Shown piece after piece: positions 28,101 to 39,330 of a stretch of DNA of 64,000 nucleotides. Within the stretch, counting starts at the first letter, position 1. The number at the start of each line of letters is the position of its first letter. The stretch lies in the NCBI GenBank assembly GCA_949358305.1, contig OX442314.1:24056001-24120000 (forward strand). Reading direction: 5' to 3'. Origin of the DNA: Strigamia acuminata (lineage: Eukaryota). Position numbers and translations under genes: made by a program. The notes under the pieces were generated by a model, which saw only the letters and a program-made list of their open reading frames with translations, was not told the origin of the DNA and searched no databases.

Positions 28101-29443
28101 ATTTCCATTTGATGATAACCTTTAGTTAAATCAATGGATGTAAAGTACTTGGCCTGATTAGTATGGTGAATTAATAGGTCAATACTTGGCATTTGAATTG
28201 CATCAACTTCTGTGATCGCATTCAACCAGCGGTAGTCGATACATAATCGATACTTCCCGCCGGGTTTAGCCACTATGACGGGGTGACTTATATAAGGGCC
28301 AGTGGCAGGTTCGATCAACCCATCGGCCTCCAACTCCTCGACCAATTCCGTCATAATCGCCTTCTTGGCCGGATTGTACATTCTATATGGCTGGTGTTTC
28401 CAAGTAGCACCAGGTTTAAACTTGATGCTGTGCTTGGCCACCTTCGTACAGCCCAGTTGGTCTCGAAATACGTTTTTTAATTGTACAAGAACGTTTACGA
28501 GTAACTGTTTTTCTTCCGCCGAACTGTTGCAGCCTTCGACGAGTTTTTCTGCCCAGTCCGGTGAAGTGGGAGTTCCTTCACCTTGGAGACCCAAAGTCTT
28601 AATGCTTGCTAAGCAACAGTTAAGTTCAGTGGTCTCGTACGGGGCTGTCCATCCGGGCATGTCATCACAGGTGAACACTGCTCGTCGGGGATTAGGGTTT
28701 ATCCCCGTTCTACGCATAAAATTGTGACCCAAAATCAACCCACATACATTCTTGTGTAGAATTATGAAGGTCATAGGTGTAACTCTCCTTTTATCGGCCC
28801 ATTTGACACAAAGACAAACTTGACCGATAGGTCGGTGATCTATTCCGACCGCGCAGACACGCATTCCCCGGGGACATTCTTGTATGAATTCCACCGGAAT
28901 TTCCGTGTTTGAGAGGAGTTGTACTCCAATAAAACATTGGGTGGCTCCAGAGTCCATTAGTGCGTTGTAATCCAAACCTCCAATTTGGACATTCATACGC
29001 GGATCATCTTTGCCACCATTAATTAATTTGCTATTGCAAAGTTTGCCAAGCAATACTTTTCGTTCTTTCTTGTTCCATTTTTCAAGTTTAAGAAGTTTTC
29101 TTAACTTGAAAACCTTGGGTACAAGCGGTTTCTTGGGTGCATTCCAGCTTCCACTGAAAATACTCAAATTTTCTAGTTGGTCTGTCATGACTTTTAAATT
29201 TTCATCGACACCGCCACTAGAGCAGCTAGTCTTTCGACAGACAGGTACTGCTTCGTAAGAAATGACCAACGATGGTGGTTTATTCTTCGAATCATCGACA
29301 TAAGGTACTGTGAGATGACTAGGCTTATGTCTTAATTTAAATTCATCTTTTCGTAAAAATAAATCATTTGACAATTCCGAGAAAGGAAACAACTCTTTAA
29401 GCGGGGGTTGGGCAACTTGAACAACCCCCTGAATCAGTTTTTT
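25157..29443 (-). CDS. pol: Gypsy Pol (PR-RT-RNaseH-IN), reached by -1 frameshift
   Basis: LMDSGA protease, LPFGL and YLDD RT motifs, TDAS RNase H, HHCC zinc finger and IDLMGP/SDNG/ERAN DDE integrase. The frame stays open back to the slippery site at 29437-29443. Confidence 0.96.
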   Translation of the reverse strand, partial: KKLIQGVVQVAQPPLKELFPFSELSNDLFLRKDEFKLRHKPSHLTVPYVDDSKNKPPSLVISYEAVPVCRKTSCSSGGVDENLKVMTDQLENLSIFSGSWNAPKKPLVPKVFKLRKLLKLEKWNKKERKVLLGKLCNSKLINGGKDDPRMNVQIGGLDYNALMDSGATQCFIGVQLLSNTEIPVEFIQECPRGMRVCAVGIDHRPIGQVCLCVKWADKRRVTPMTFIILHKNVCGLILGHNFMRRTGINPNPRRAVFTCDDMPGWTAPYETTELNCCLASIKTLGLQGEGTPTSPDWAEKLVEGCNSSAEEKQLLVNVLVQLKNVFRDQLGCTKVAKHSIKFKPGATWKHQPYRMYNPAKKAIMTELVEELEADGLIEPATGPYISHPVIVAKPGGKYRLCIDYRWLNAITEVDAIQMPSIDLLIHHTNQAKYFTSIDLTKGYHQMEMEEEDKSKTAFYTPKGKFQFKRLPFGLCNAPSSFQHLMTTVLGDSLYKHALVYLDDIIIFSDTWENHLLHIKDVLEKLDAANLTINKDKSKFGRTSLRFLGHLISEGSLLPDPDKVSAVRNFPKPTCSKDIQRFVGLANFFRKFIPNIANIARPLTNIMHDQAKFVWDDPQTTAFETIKDILCDKDQALLHMPDMNKPFVILTDASHSGLGAVLCQDVELFCEKKQKLIMVPKAVAYASRVLHGAEVRYSTPELECLAVVWAIERFRPYIEYTTFTLESDAKALSWLMSTPEPSGRFGRWAVKIQCGAFKIIFRRGAMNQVADALSRAPLSALDTPDYDYIEPEEITHFYPTWNGNRCASLQVTETERKHFLTNVGLSLDFFSESYNPVRFHDSGEKGEEEGCTRENCRHIDVHNCNHENVHTALTDILKVVPPTRDEIIEAQLKDPACSKILVYLKGDEKLKNRVTDKHWLNAIRGYTLDEPEENKGVMLIYFAPTDEEELNDSGNGFKAVIPRSLVRRALFACHGHPLTGHAGMSKTLDRAKQMYFWPRMSKDTRNYVRSCTHCQQYKPSQHQKHRASYTPHNMTNPWETISIDLMGPKPAGRSQLKWILVIIDNCTKWIEVFPLATASSECIVNKMSEVFHRWGYPKKIISDNGKQFVSTIFNDFCRKNHVDIAHISPYHAAANITERANRTLKMMLALYSDIHSHWPKYLNSFAFAMRTAKSEATNCSPMILNTGRIVPLPFDPRITKHAIKFDKENPEAYVYSILDVIRRAHSEMHRKIQSNYEKHDRLHKDKYYICQFAKGDLVWKATHILSNKDKGISAGFAEKRDGPWEITAVLGGGSYTLRKLSDNTKAKAINIQDLMPYIPSYPIEEWTLDQKVGTNESHPTPDWMAGQVINSSELINEPVSMETEDLVEEKEEETSQISSKEDETPQNSSKKRKRFPSPVRQSKRRPKPNTKYVTDFVQLVNCLKQVKLG
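29403..29443 (-). promoter_or_regulatory. Programmed -1 ribosomal frameshift signal
   Basis: A AAA AAC heptamer immediately before the gag TGA, a 7-nt spacer, then an 8-bp stem GGGGGTTG/CAACCCCC with an 11-nt loop. Confidence 0.85.
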
Positions 29444-31482
29444 GTCTCGTCGGGAGTGACTGACTCAGTGGCTGCTGGTAAATGCTTAATTAACAGGTCA
29501 ACCATGTTTTTCTGGAAGTCAGTAAATTTGGAGTCTAAAGTTTCTGACGTAACCCAATTTTGTTTGGGTCGTTTAAACTCGGGGTTGGGAGCAGAGTGGT
29601 TAAATCTTTTATTTGAATTTAACGAGTCTGTTTTCCCTGCTAATTTTTTGGCAAGGGCGGGACATTCTCTTTTAAAATGTCCAGGCTCGTGACAGAAAAA
29701 GCATTTTCCAGTAGTCTTTTCATACTGGGCGGCAAATAATCGCTCCATTGAACCATCGTCAGTTGAGTCGTCATTTTCCGACTCGTCTTCATTTTCAACT
29801 TCATCTTGAGTTTGCGTTAAACGTAGTGAAGTTTTAGATGGAAAAATCTTAGATTTTTCGTGAAGTTTGGGAGTAGGATGATTCTCTCGATTATCGTACT
29901 CCAATTTTGCTGCAAGTTGAGAACTTTCAAACTTAGAGCGATTTGCTCCTACATATTGTAGAATGTCATCTACTGTAAAGTTACCATACATTCCTTGTGT
30001 ACATAACGCCGTGAAACTTTCTTGAGTTAAATTGTCGAATAATTGCGCACGTCCAGTTTTATCACCTGGCGGCACTTCACCTTGTTCTTGCGTATAACGC
30101 AGAAGAAAACTATAAAGTGACTCGTCGGCTCGTTGTTTTACATTAAGAAGTCGCCTTTCTCTTGTAAGTGGAACGAGGTCGAAACAATCGAGAAAAGAGG
30201 CTTCGAAAGTTCGCCAACTGTTAAAAGTATGGCGTTGCTTATGGAACCAACGTTGTGCATGGCCTAATAGTCGTCCAGGTACAGCAGTGTGTACCATGTC
30301 GTCTAAAGGGATGCCTTTCCCGAGTGCGACAGCTTTGACGATTTCAAGGAATCGCGCAACCTCTGTCTGTTTCCCGTCAAAAATAGGAATCTCGATTCCT
30401 TTTCCAAAATTCTGACTGGGATTACTCGGGCTTCGGATTTGACCAACTAAACCCTGAATAATTTGTTTTACATTTTCGTCCGACAAATTAGAAGCAGAGT
30501 TCGAATTGGGTGTAGACCGACTTTCTTGGTCTCTGGGTGGCGGATTTGGCTCTCCTCGAAAATTTTGGCGTCTATCAGGTGGCGGAGGAGAACGAGAATT
30601 ATTACGTCGGTGGAAATTATTGTTATAATTTCCCCCTCCACCAGCGTGAGATTCGTCACTACTCGAGTTAGGATCGGAGTCACGAGGATCACCAGGAGCT
30701 CCGGGAAATCGTTGATTTCTCGGCGGAGCTCGTCCACCTTGAGAGCGGGAATTTCTATAATTCCTAAAATCTCCATCAGATTGGGTGTGAGATTGAAAAT
30801 TTTGATAATTTTCATTTCTCCCCCTTGGTTGGACCGACAGATTAGTTCGAGGCTGTGGAACTCTGAAAGAATCATTCAAATTCCCAGTGGGAGCGGGTAA
30901 AATATTATTTACAGCCGTCGCACTTGGTAAATTTCGGGAAATTGGCGCCGAAATATTTCCTTGTCCGGAATTTCCCATTCTTTCGGCCGAATTCGATCGC
31001 CAAGAACTAGTTGGTAACTGAATCGAAGGTTGAACAGATAGTGAAGAATTTAACTGCCCATTGTCGTCACGAGCAACATTCATTCGCCATCCAGGCAATT
31101 GCTGGTAGCGATATGTGGCCGGCGAACGAGGGCCAGTTCGATCTACAGAAACACTTCGTTCGTTGGTTACAACTACATCGGGAGTAATTACACGATTTCT
31201 CTCGTGATGATTATTCGCCGTGTATTGTTGAGCTTCACACAAAGAGGAAAACTGCGTCACTTCCAATTGGTAATGGCGACAGTAAACTTCTAAATCATGT
31301 GGGACTGATAGTGGATCCGTTCGAGAACTACCTGGGTTGGAAACGTCTCTAGGAACATTCTCTTCCCCCTGGCTTTCTAGATCAGACTCCACAATTCCTC
31401 TTGGTGTTTCACACATACCACCACGTCGTCGTGCTCCACGATTTCCTCGTGTTCCACGAACTCTTACAGGTCTACGGGCCAT
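29434..31482 (-). CDS. gag: Gypsy Gag
   Basis: First ATG at 31482 (MARRPVR). Retrotransposon capsid-like region (IPIFDGK...LLGHAQRWF) and CCHC knuckle CFFCHEPGHFKREC. Confidence 0.92.
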   Translation of the reverse strand: MARRPVRVRGTRGNRGARRRGGMCETPRGIVESDLESQGEENVPRDVSNPGSSRTDPLSVPHDLEVYCRHYQLEVTQFSSLCEAQQYTANNHHERNRVITPDVVVTNERSVSVDRTGPRSPATYRYQQLPGWRMNVARDDNGQLNSSLSVQPSIQLPTSSWRSNSAERMGNSGQGNISAPISRNLPSATAVNNILPAPTGNLNDSFRVPQPRTNLSVQPRGRNENYQNFQSHTQSDGDFRNYRNSRSQGGRAPPRNQRFPGAPGDPRDSDPNSSSDESHAGGGGNYNNNFHRRNNSRSPPPPDRRQNFRGEPNPPPRDQESRSTPNSNSASNLSDENVKQIIQGLVGQIRSPSNPSQNFGKGIEIPIFDGKQTEVARFLEIVKAVALGKGIPLDDMVHTAVPGRLLGHAQRWFHKQRHTFNSWRTFEASFLDCFDLVPLTRERRLLNVKQRADESLYSFLLRYTQEQGEVPPGDKTGRAQLFDNLTQESFTALCTQGMYGNFTVDDILQYVGANRSKFESSQLAAKLEYDNRENHPTPKLHEKSKIFPSKTSLRLTQTQDEVENEDESENDDSTDDGSMERLFAAQYEKTTGKCFFCHEPGHFKRECPALAKKLAGKTDSLNSNKRFNHSAPNPEFKRPKQNWVTSETLDSKFTDFQKNMVDLLIKHLPAATESVTPDETKN

Positions 31483-32340
31483 AATACTCAAAGAAATACA
31501 CGTACAAAAGAAAAAATAAACTTTAACTGAACTAGCGTAAATGTAACACGCTTAATATTAAACTAAGAAATAATTTGAAAAAATACAACCTTAGCTGCTG
31601 AAACTGAAGTGGCTTCGGAAAAACTGTCCTATTGCGTGGTCAAGAATGGTCCAAACGGGCACTGGTCACAAAGGCACAACTGGATGGTCGCACTGTCGAA
31701 AAGCAAGTGTGGCTGAATATTGGTTGTCAAACTAGCTTCCGGAAAATCTCCTTTGTCAAGACAGTCTGCTGTGATTGGCGATGTTGACAAATTCCTGATA
31801 ATTTCTAATCCGAAATTCTCAACAATGTCACATCTGGATGACCTACTCCGAGCTGCATCGTGAGTGGTTCTCTTTGTCACATTCTTTACTTTGTTAAAGA
31901 TTAAAATAATAATCAAAAACATTGAAAACAGAACAATAGAAACTTGGTCAAGTTTTTAACCAGCAAAATAAAATACTTTAACTTTTTATTTTTCAGTCAG
32001 CAGGATTTCTAGTCAAATTCGTTTTTTGATCAAAATTCAAGGTTTCGAAATTTTCCAGAATATAGCTGAATATTCTGGGAAACTCAATAAAATCATAATA
32101 GATTTTTCGTAAGAGATTCGGAATTATAATGAGTTTTTTTCAAAATAATCCAAAAATTCGAATTCAGATATTTCCAAAAGATAATGAGAATTTTTTGAAA
32201 ACAAATGGATATTTCACAGTAAATTTATAGAGAAAAATCGGAAATTTTCTAATTATAATATCTATATAAAATAATCAAGAAAATTCATTTTTTCAATTTA
32301 CACTTTGATCACAGAGTTCACTTCGATAAAATGCAACCTA

Positions 32341-32357
32341 TCTCGGTAGAACCTCCA
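32341..32357 (-). promoter_or_regulatory. Primer binding site complementary to the tRNA-Gln 3' end
   Basis: Minus TGGAGGTTCTACCGAGA, 2 nt inside the 5' LTR; complementary to ...TCTCGGTAGAACCT-CCA, recognised from memory as the animal tRNA-Gln 3' end. Confidence 0.8.
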
Positions 32358-32359
32358 CG

Positions 32360-33949
32360 TGTGACGATTACCTTCTGGAGATAGCAATTGCTAAACTAAA
32401 GTGTGAACTATCTGTGTGAAAGTGTAAAATATGCAAACCTGATGTTTTCTCAAAACATATAACATTTATTCCGGTTTGAACCTTATATAAATACTATGCC
32501 TACAAGTGGCTAAAATGACGAGAAGTTAAACTATACAGTTGTTTGGCAAAAGCCCTGAAATAATATCATTTGAAGGCTTCAGTCATGCAATAAGAATTTG
32601 TAACGGTCTTATTGCTGTGACGTAAAAGATGTCATCTATGAATGGCTTTGGCTTCTAAATGGTCCGGGGTTTGGTTCTAAAAGGCGTGTAAATGGTTAGG
32701 CTGGGTGGGTTATATCCGAGAGGTGCGGTTGACTTTTCTGTATCGTCACACACATCGCATCGCAGATAATTGTTGTAATCAATAATTACCGCGAGATGTA
32801 ACAATGTGAGAATAAATATTCATATTAATTCTATGGAATTAATCATGATATTTTAGAGTCACAAACTTAACTAAAACTATGAAAATAAGTAAAATATATT
32901 AAAATAGCGCCGAGCTATTTTTTGCCCCGAGTGCAATCAACATCTAAGTTAGACTTAAATGTTCCGTCAAACCAATAACGAATTGAATCGAAATATCTCG
33001 CAGGAAAGGTTATCCATCGCCGGGAAATTACTCCACTCGGTCCTGGCTGGCGGGAGAGTAACCGGGAAATTACTCCGCGTCGATTACTCTGATAATGCGT
33101 CTGTGAAATATAAATACTCCACTCTAGATTCTACATTACCAATGCGTCTGTGAATTTTACTCCACTCTAGATTCTGCACTCTACAACGGAATGTTGGCAT
33201 GAAGCTGGAGGGAGTGCGTCTGTGGGTTGTACCCCACTCTAGATACTACACTTAAATGTGTCTGTGAATTACTCACTCTAGTTACAACATTTCTACAACG
33301 GAATGTTGGCATGAAGAGGCGGGCAGTGTGTCTGTGAGTCTTCTACCCACTCTAGATACTTACACTAAATACAAAGTATTTCTACAACGGATTGTCGGAA
33401 CGCAGAGAAGTATAATATGTGCTCAAGTAATATCAGTATCAAACAAAAACAGAACAAGAGCGAGCTATATCCGTTTTGCAGGGGGATATATACTCGGTGA
33501 GGAGAATAGCTGTTCAGTGATCCAATGGGATCACTGGGCAGTCAAATCCATCCAATCCTAGGTCATAGGAAGTGGATACTCAGGACATAGTCTTCTACTA
33601 GGTCCAAAACAGGAACTGGATACGCAGGACACATTTTGGATTAAGTCCCTTTGACTATAATCCAAAAGGAGTCCAACTCACAGTGGGTGATGGGGGGTGA
33701 CTTCACCAGGTGTAGAGTTTGCACATAATTCAATAGAATTATGTGACAAATAAATCAACTAGCATTTGAACATCCAAAAGTATTTAAAAGTGTCTAAAGT
33801 TGCAGTGGAATAAAATATAAATAGTAATTTATATTTTATTCACTCAAAAATTGTCGAAATTTGAATTTACCGCTAAAACGCATCAGCGCCATCTATTGGT
33901 GAAGTAATCGTCCTATACTAACAAAGTGCATGACAGTGTAACCGTCACA
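32360..33949 (-). repeat. Gypsy 5' LTR
   Basis: Direct repeat of 19958-21547, followed on the minus strand by the PBS. Confidence 0.97.
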
Positions 33950-34991
33950 AGCAGCTTACTCCGCCCGTTGGCCTGTCGGCTCATGTTCAGCACAGGGAGG
34001 AAATATGTTCTATTTTGTAAATTCCCGTCAAGAGATGGCGCTGGTTTCCATTTCCTACCTAGCAGCAACCTTATTTCAGGCTAATTCACTTTCAGTTTCT
34101 CACCTTCGCTACGAAGAGCAGATATTTTATTGCCGTGATAAAAACCGCACATTTATTATTTGCGATTCATGGTCGTCAGTTAAGCCGCCAGGGATTCATT
34201 ACACACTTCGTATCACTTAATATAATGTCATCATCCTATATGATAATAATTAAATCCGATTCCTAATTAGAGTAATTTCGTTCAACATTAATGTATGCAC
34301 AAATTAATATTAAAACTGAATTTTTCATATGGAAAATTCCGTTTTAATATTTCAGCCCTTATTTTTTTTTTATTTAAAAAAAAAACTGCATTTAATGTAA
34401 TTAAATGCAAAGCTGATAAGGAATTTGACTAGTATTATCATGTGTCAATGTACTGATCGACATTGCATGAATAGAAGTGAGAGTTTAACCCTAGGATCAA
34501 TTTTGACCTGCTAAAATTTTTTTTTTCCTTTCTAAAACGAACGGAGTTTACTTTCTAAAAATTGTTTGGCCCAGAATTTTCTCCCAACTCTTCTTTAGAA
34601 AAATGGTTAAAGAAAAATTAAAAAAGAATTAAAAAAGAATCAAAAATAAAAAAGTCATTCAAAAAACAAAACATTCGTGGCTTTTGGCCCACTCTGTATA
34701 ACGTATAAACATCATAACAAACAATTAAAAAAATAATAGATCCAAAAATTAAAAATCTTTTTTTCAAAAATTTCTTTGTTGAAAACCAGAACATGCGGAA
34801 AATGTATTTCCAACAATGATTTTTTATAGCATATATTTTTTTAAACTGAAGTCAAATCAATGAGTTTGCATCTCACGTCTGCCTTTCTTTCAATCCAAAG
34901 ATCACAACTTAAATTTGGTCAAGGACACTACAAGCTTTGTTAAACTCATTTCGAAATTTCATACCCATTACATATTATCACATAATCTATA

Positions 34992-35247
34992 CCACCTCGT
35001 TTAAACGCCCGGGCGTTTAATAGTTTTTCTGAGCGGGACCCCCACACCCCGGCGCAAATTTGAAGCCCGGCGTGTATTCGGGCCCGGCGCGTAACCGAAA
35101 AATCGGCACTTTTTACAAAAAACACCATTTTTTCGCCAAAAATCGGCGATATTTGGGGGCCGGCACCAATTCCGTAGATTGCCAATTACTGCCCGGCACT
35201 AAAACGGGCCCGGCGTCTTAATGAACCCAGGCGTTTAAACGAGGCGG
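34992..35247. mobile_element. MITE (TA TSD)
   Basis: ta|ccacctcgtttaaacgccc ... ggcgtttaaacgaggcgg|ta. Confidence 0.75.
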
Positions 35248-35790
35248 TACATCATAGCCATCAGGTATTTTTTTGTTTAAAACATTAAATAACAACTTCT
35301 ACATAGTTCATAGTTTTACAGTGACGAATGTGGAAATTTCATTGTTTATGGTAAATAAAAACTAAACAAATTTTCATGGGGTTGCGAGAAAATATTTTGA
35401 GAAGCGAAGGAGTCCGGACTCAAGAAAGGTTAAGAACCACTAAGTGTTTCATTTTGATATCGAATATTTAAAAAAAAAAAAAAATAAACAAAGATAAACT
35501 GAACTTGAAAATTCAACATGCAGCTCAAATCGTAATACCAAAAAAAGAAACTTTTCAGTTAAGATTGCAAATTTGTTTTTGTCTTTTGGTGTCAAGTTTA
35601 TGATAACATAAAAAGAACCGTATTTCCATTCCTCGTTTTGTTGTGAACATGTGCACGGTTTGTGACAACGTTCCAAAGGTTAAACCAGAGTACAATGTAT
35701 ACGAAGGCTTAAATTCAGAATCAATTTTCAAAAACAAGTTCAATACTCATACTCATTTTTCTCTCTGAAATATCTGCAGTTCGTCCTATT

Positions 35791-38588
35791 ATGGATTTCT
35801 CGGTAAGTAGATATTTAAAAAATATACATTTACAGCTATCTGAAAGTTGAATAGTAATTGTTCTCGTAAAGACTAAGTTCTGTGTGATTGAGTACATTCA
35901 CCATGCAATTAAAGCAATAGATACACATAATCTGCACTTTCAAAAGACAATCAATTCCTTATCGGAATTCCAAGCATGTTTATTGGCGGCAGTGCGTTCA
36001 ATTTTGATTAGTATTCCTTAAACTAAACAGAACCTCTCAAGCGAAGTTTTAAAAAAATTAAATTAAGTCGCTTAATATTGACGAGATTAATTGAATTTCC
36101 TGGACAAGTTAACTAACGATTTAACTAAAATGACGAAATAGCAAATCTACAGTGTGCGCCTGTTATCTTGATGCCAAATTCCAACCGTGCATTCCACTAT
36201 GTGCACACCATCATTATTCTCTATTTTTACAGTTCGTGGCCGTTATCTTGATGCCCAATTCATTCTGAGCAGATGATTTCCTAATTCCAGTAGTTATTTA
36301 GCAGTATTAAGCCCAATGTTCGGCCTAATAATGCTAACAAAGTTAATAAACAACAATAAACTAATTAACAAAAGTAAATTACAGCACCAAACCAAAATGT
36401 TGTTGCTTTATTTCCTTTGTGTGCAGCAAACAATCGTGTAAATACTCATACAGGCGCAGTACAGTAGAGCGTTGATTATCCGAACTGATCGGGGACATGG
36501 GTGTTCATAAAACCGATTTCTTCACATAATAAGTCATTAGCTTTATGCAGATACCGCATTGAATACGAAAAAAAAAAACATCCGACAAAAAAACGACTAA
36601 AATCAACTAAAAAGTCGATAGAAAGTCGATCACCGCTGTTCAATTAACCGGTCGTTCGCATGACCGATGTTCGGATAATCGACGCTCTACAGTATGTGAT
36701 GCGCAGTTTGAATTTGGCGATAGAACGGTAGATGATGTGAAATAATGTCAGTAGGTGCATTCAAAAACTCTAAAACGCCTCTAAAACTCGTTTCGTGTTT
36801 GTACGTGACGTCATTCCCATTGAATAACATGAGAATGTTATTCAATGGGAATGATCTCATTGAATAACATGAGAATGTTATTCAATGGGAATGATCCCAT
36901 TGAATAACATGAGAATGTTATTCAATGGGAATGATCCCATTGAATAACATGAGAATGTTATTCAATGGGAATGACGTCACGTACAAACACGAAACGAGTT
37001 TTGCATACGTTTTAGAGTTTTTGAATGCAGCTACTGATTGATCCCCTCCACCTGGCTATTAAATGGGTCCTTAGTATATATATCTACATCTATATATAAC
37101 TAAAGCAAGTCACTTAAGATGTCAAAAACCTGATATCAATGAGACTAGTCGACTAAGCTGTTATCTGATAATGTGATATCTCTAAATGAAACTGAACTTT
37201 TAACGCTACTGTTGAAAATACTCACTCTAAAATAATCTTATTTATTCAATTTTCAGCTCAAGCTGAGAAGAAACACTTTGCTGACTTTCAACGTGGCGCT
37301 ATTGTTTTGTTTCACATTCCTAAACCCACATTCACATTTATCCATTGCAACTACGTCCAAACATAATCATCGCATCGAAGTACATTCAGAAATCGGAAGA
37401 CTCAGGAAAGTTTTGCTCCACAGACCTGGTGATGAACTTGAAAACTTGACTCCAGAACTATTGAAGAAGTTACTATTTGATGACATACCCTACTTGAAAT
37501 TAGCAAGAGAGGAACATGATGTATTTGTCCAAATACTTCAAGACAAAGGTGTTGAAGTTGTATACATTGAAAACCTAGTCTCAGAAGCAATTAGCACTTT
37601 AGTTCAAACGAAAATGAAGTTCATCAACCAATTCATCGATGAATGCGGCATCAAATCCGAAAAAGGCAAGAAAATTCTCACAGACTACTTTCTAAATTTC
37701 CCAACCAAACAAATGGTGGATAAAATGATAGCTGGAGTCAAAAAGAATGAACTTCAAGAACAACTGCCGTCTCTCAATTTCTTGGTTGACAGTGACTATC
37801 CCTTTATTTGTGATCCAATACCCAACCTCTTATTCACAAGAGACCCATTCTCAAGCATAGGCAATGGAGTATCCATAAACCACATGAGCACTGCTACAAG
37901 AAGACGAGAAACCATTTTTGCCGAATATGTCTTCAAACATCATCCAGACTACAACAATGGCCAAGTCCCCATCTGGTATGAGAGAACAGAGCACAGCAAC
38001 ATCGAAGGAGGAGATATTCTGGTATTAAGCGAAGAATTACTGGCCATTGGTATTTCCGAGAGGACTGATAGTGAGGCGATTGAAAAAATTGCCAAATCCC
38101 TCTTCCAAAAGCACCCGACTTTCCAGACAATATTGGCTTTTGATATTCCCAACAGTCGATCGTACATGCATCTCGATACAGTTTTCACACAGATTGACTA
38201 CGACAAGTTTACCATTCACCAGAGCCCGGATATGACGTTCACATGTTATTCGCTCAAGAAGAGTGAATGTGCTGACTGTGCAATGAAAATACAACCGGAA
38301 ACTGGAAGTGTGGAAGAAATTTTGGAACGACATTTGAACAGACAAGTGAAATTAATCGAATGTGGAGGTGGTGATCCAGTCAATGGGGAGAGGGAACAGT
38401 GGAGTGATGGTGCAAATACATTAGCTATAGCCCCTGGAGAAGTTATTGTGTACAATAGAAATTACCAGACCAATAATGCTCTCAGAGAAAATGGAATCAT
38501 TGTTCATGAAATTCCATCCAGTGAACTCTCAAGAGGGCGCGGAGGGCCCAGGTGCATGTCTATGCCTTTAATAAGAGACAATTTGTAA
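35791..38588 (+). CDS. arcA: Bacterial-type arginine deiminase with signal peptide, copy 1 (2 exons, about 447 aa)
   Basis: Exon 1 35791-35802 ATG GAT TTC TCG|GTAAGT; intron to ttttcag|37257; exon 2 is in phase 0 ([22 protein letters not shown]...). ADI motifs [42 protein letters not shown] and [16 protein letters not shown] (catalytic Cys) are all intact. Confidence 0.92.
36462..36692. mobile_element. MITE in the ADI intron (CAGTAGAG TIR, TA TSD)
   Basis: ta|cagtagagcgttgattatccgaac ... gttcggataatcgacgctctacag|ta. Confidence 0.75.
36748..37037. mobile_element. Palindromic MITE with 4 tandem 40-bp self-complementary units, in the ADI intron
   Basis: TIR tcagtag(g/c)tgcattcaaaaactctaaaacg; unit cattgaataacatgagaatgttattcaatgggaatgatcc repeated at 36818-36973. 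Confidence 0.8.
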
Positions 38589-38733
38589 ACATAAGAGAAA
38601 AATTTATATTCAATCAAATATATAATTATTCCTTGTATCATGTTTTAAATTCTCCTTTTAATGAAAAATGAAAAAATTAAGAAAAAAACTCGAAGTGTAT
38701 TTAATGAGTAAATATTGACAGGAAAAAGTCTAA

Positions 38734-39060
38734 TGCTGGGCACACAAATACCGCGATTTCGCAAGCAAAATCGCGCTGTAAATGGCGCGCAATGCTACAC
38801 ACATATAGCTATTTCAGCTCTGCGAATTCAATCTCATGACGTCATTCCACAGCATTTACACAGCAACCGAAAATGTTGATGAAATCACGTCATTTCAAAC
38901 AGCTCACGGGATTGGCTGCGACATGAATCGCAGGCGAAATAGTACTTCGGACAAGTACTATTTCCAAAAGTAGATTTCGAACCGGCGCGTAGGAAATGAC
39001 GTCACCTGCGCATGTGCAATGGCAACGCGACACGAAATCGCGGTACGTGTGCGCCCAGCA
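38734..39060. mobile_element. PIF/Harbinger-like MITE
   Basis: TIR tgctgggcacac / gtgcgcccagca flanked by TAA and TGA; absent from the matching 3' flank of ADI copy 2. Confidence 0.65.
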
Positions 39061-39065
39061 TGAAC

Positions 39066-39330
39066 CAGCAGTCGGCAACAGGCGGACCGCGGAGATGTTT
39101 TAGCAACGTTTTTCCCTCGGTTTCTTTAATTTTTCGGAGTTTTTCTTCTTGTTTTTTTCCTGTTTTTTAGGTTTTATCGGTATTTTTTGGGTTGTGTGTG
39201 TTTATCAGGGGGTTTATTTGGTTTTTAAGTGTTTTTTCCGTTTTCTTAGGTTTATAAGTGTTTTTTTATGGACTTCGATAAATTTTTTAATAGTATTCGG
39301 ACCCCACTTAAAATTACTTGCCGACCCCTG
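39066..39330. mobile_element. hAT-like MITE
   Basis: Ends cagcagtcggcaa / ttgccgacccctg; 8-bp target GTCTAAAC at 39331-39338, whose left copy is split by the Harbinger-like element. Confidence 0.65.

Larger units (their letters stand above)
19958..33949 (-). mobile_element. Full-length Ty3/Gypsy LTR retrotransposon (13,992 bp)
   Basis: Two 1590-bp LTRs (TGTGAC...GTCACA), 4-bp TSD AGCA (19954-19957 and 33950-33953), PBS, PPT, gag, pol in PR-RT-RH-IN order, and an extra ORF. Confidence 0.97.

Noticed and set aside
36818..36973. CRISPR-like array of palindromic repeats near a bacterial-type gene
   Set aside because: Units are head-to-tail with an essentially constant 10-bp linker (no unique spacers), lie inside MITE TIRs, and no cas genes are present.
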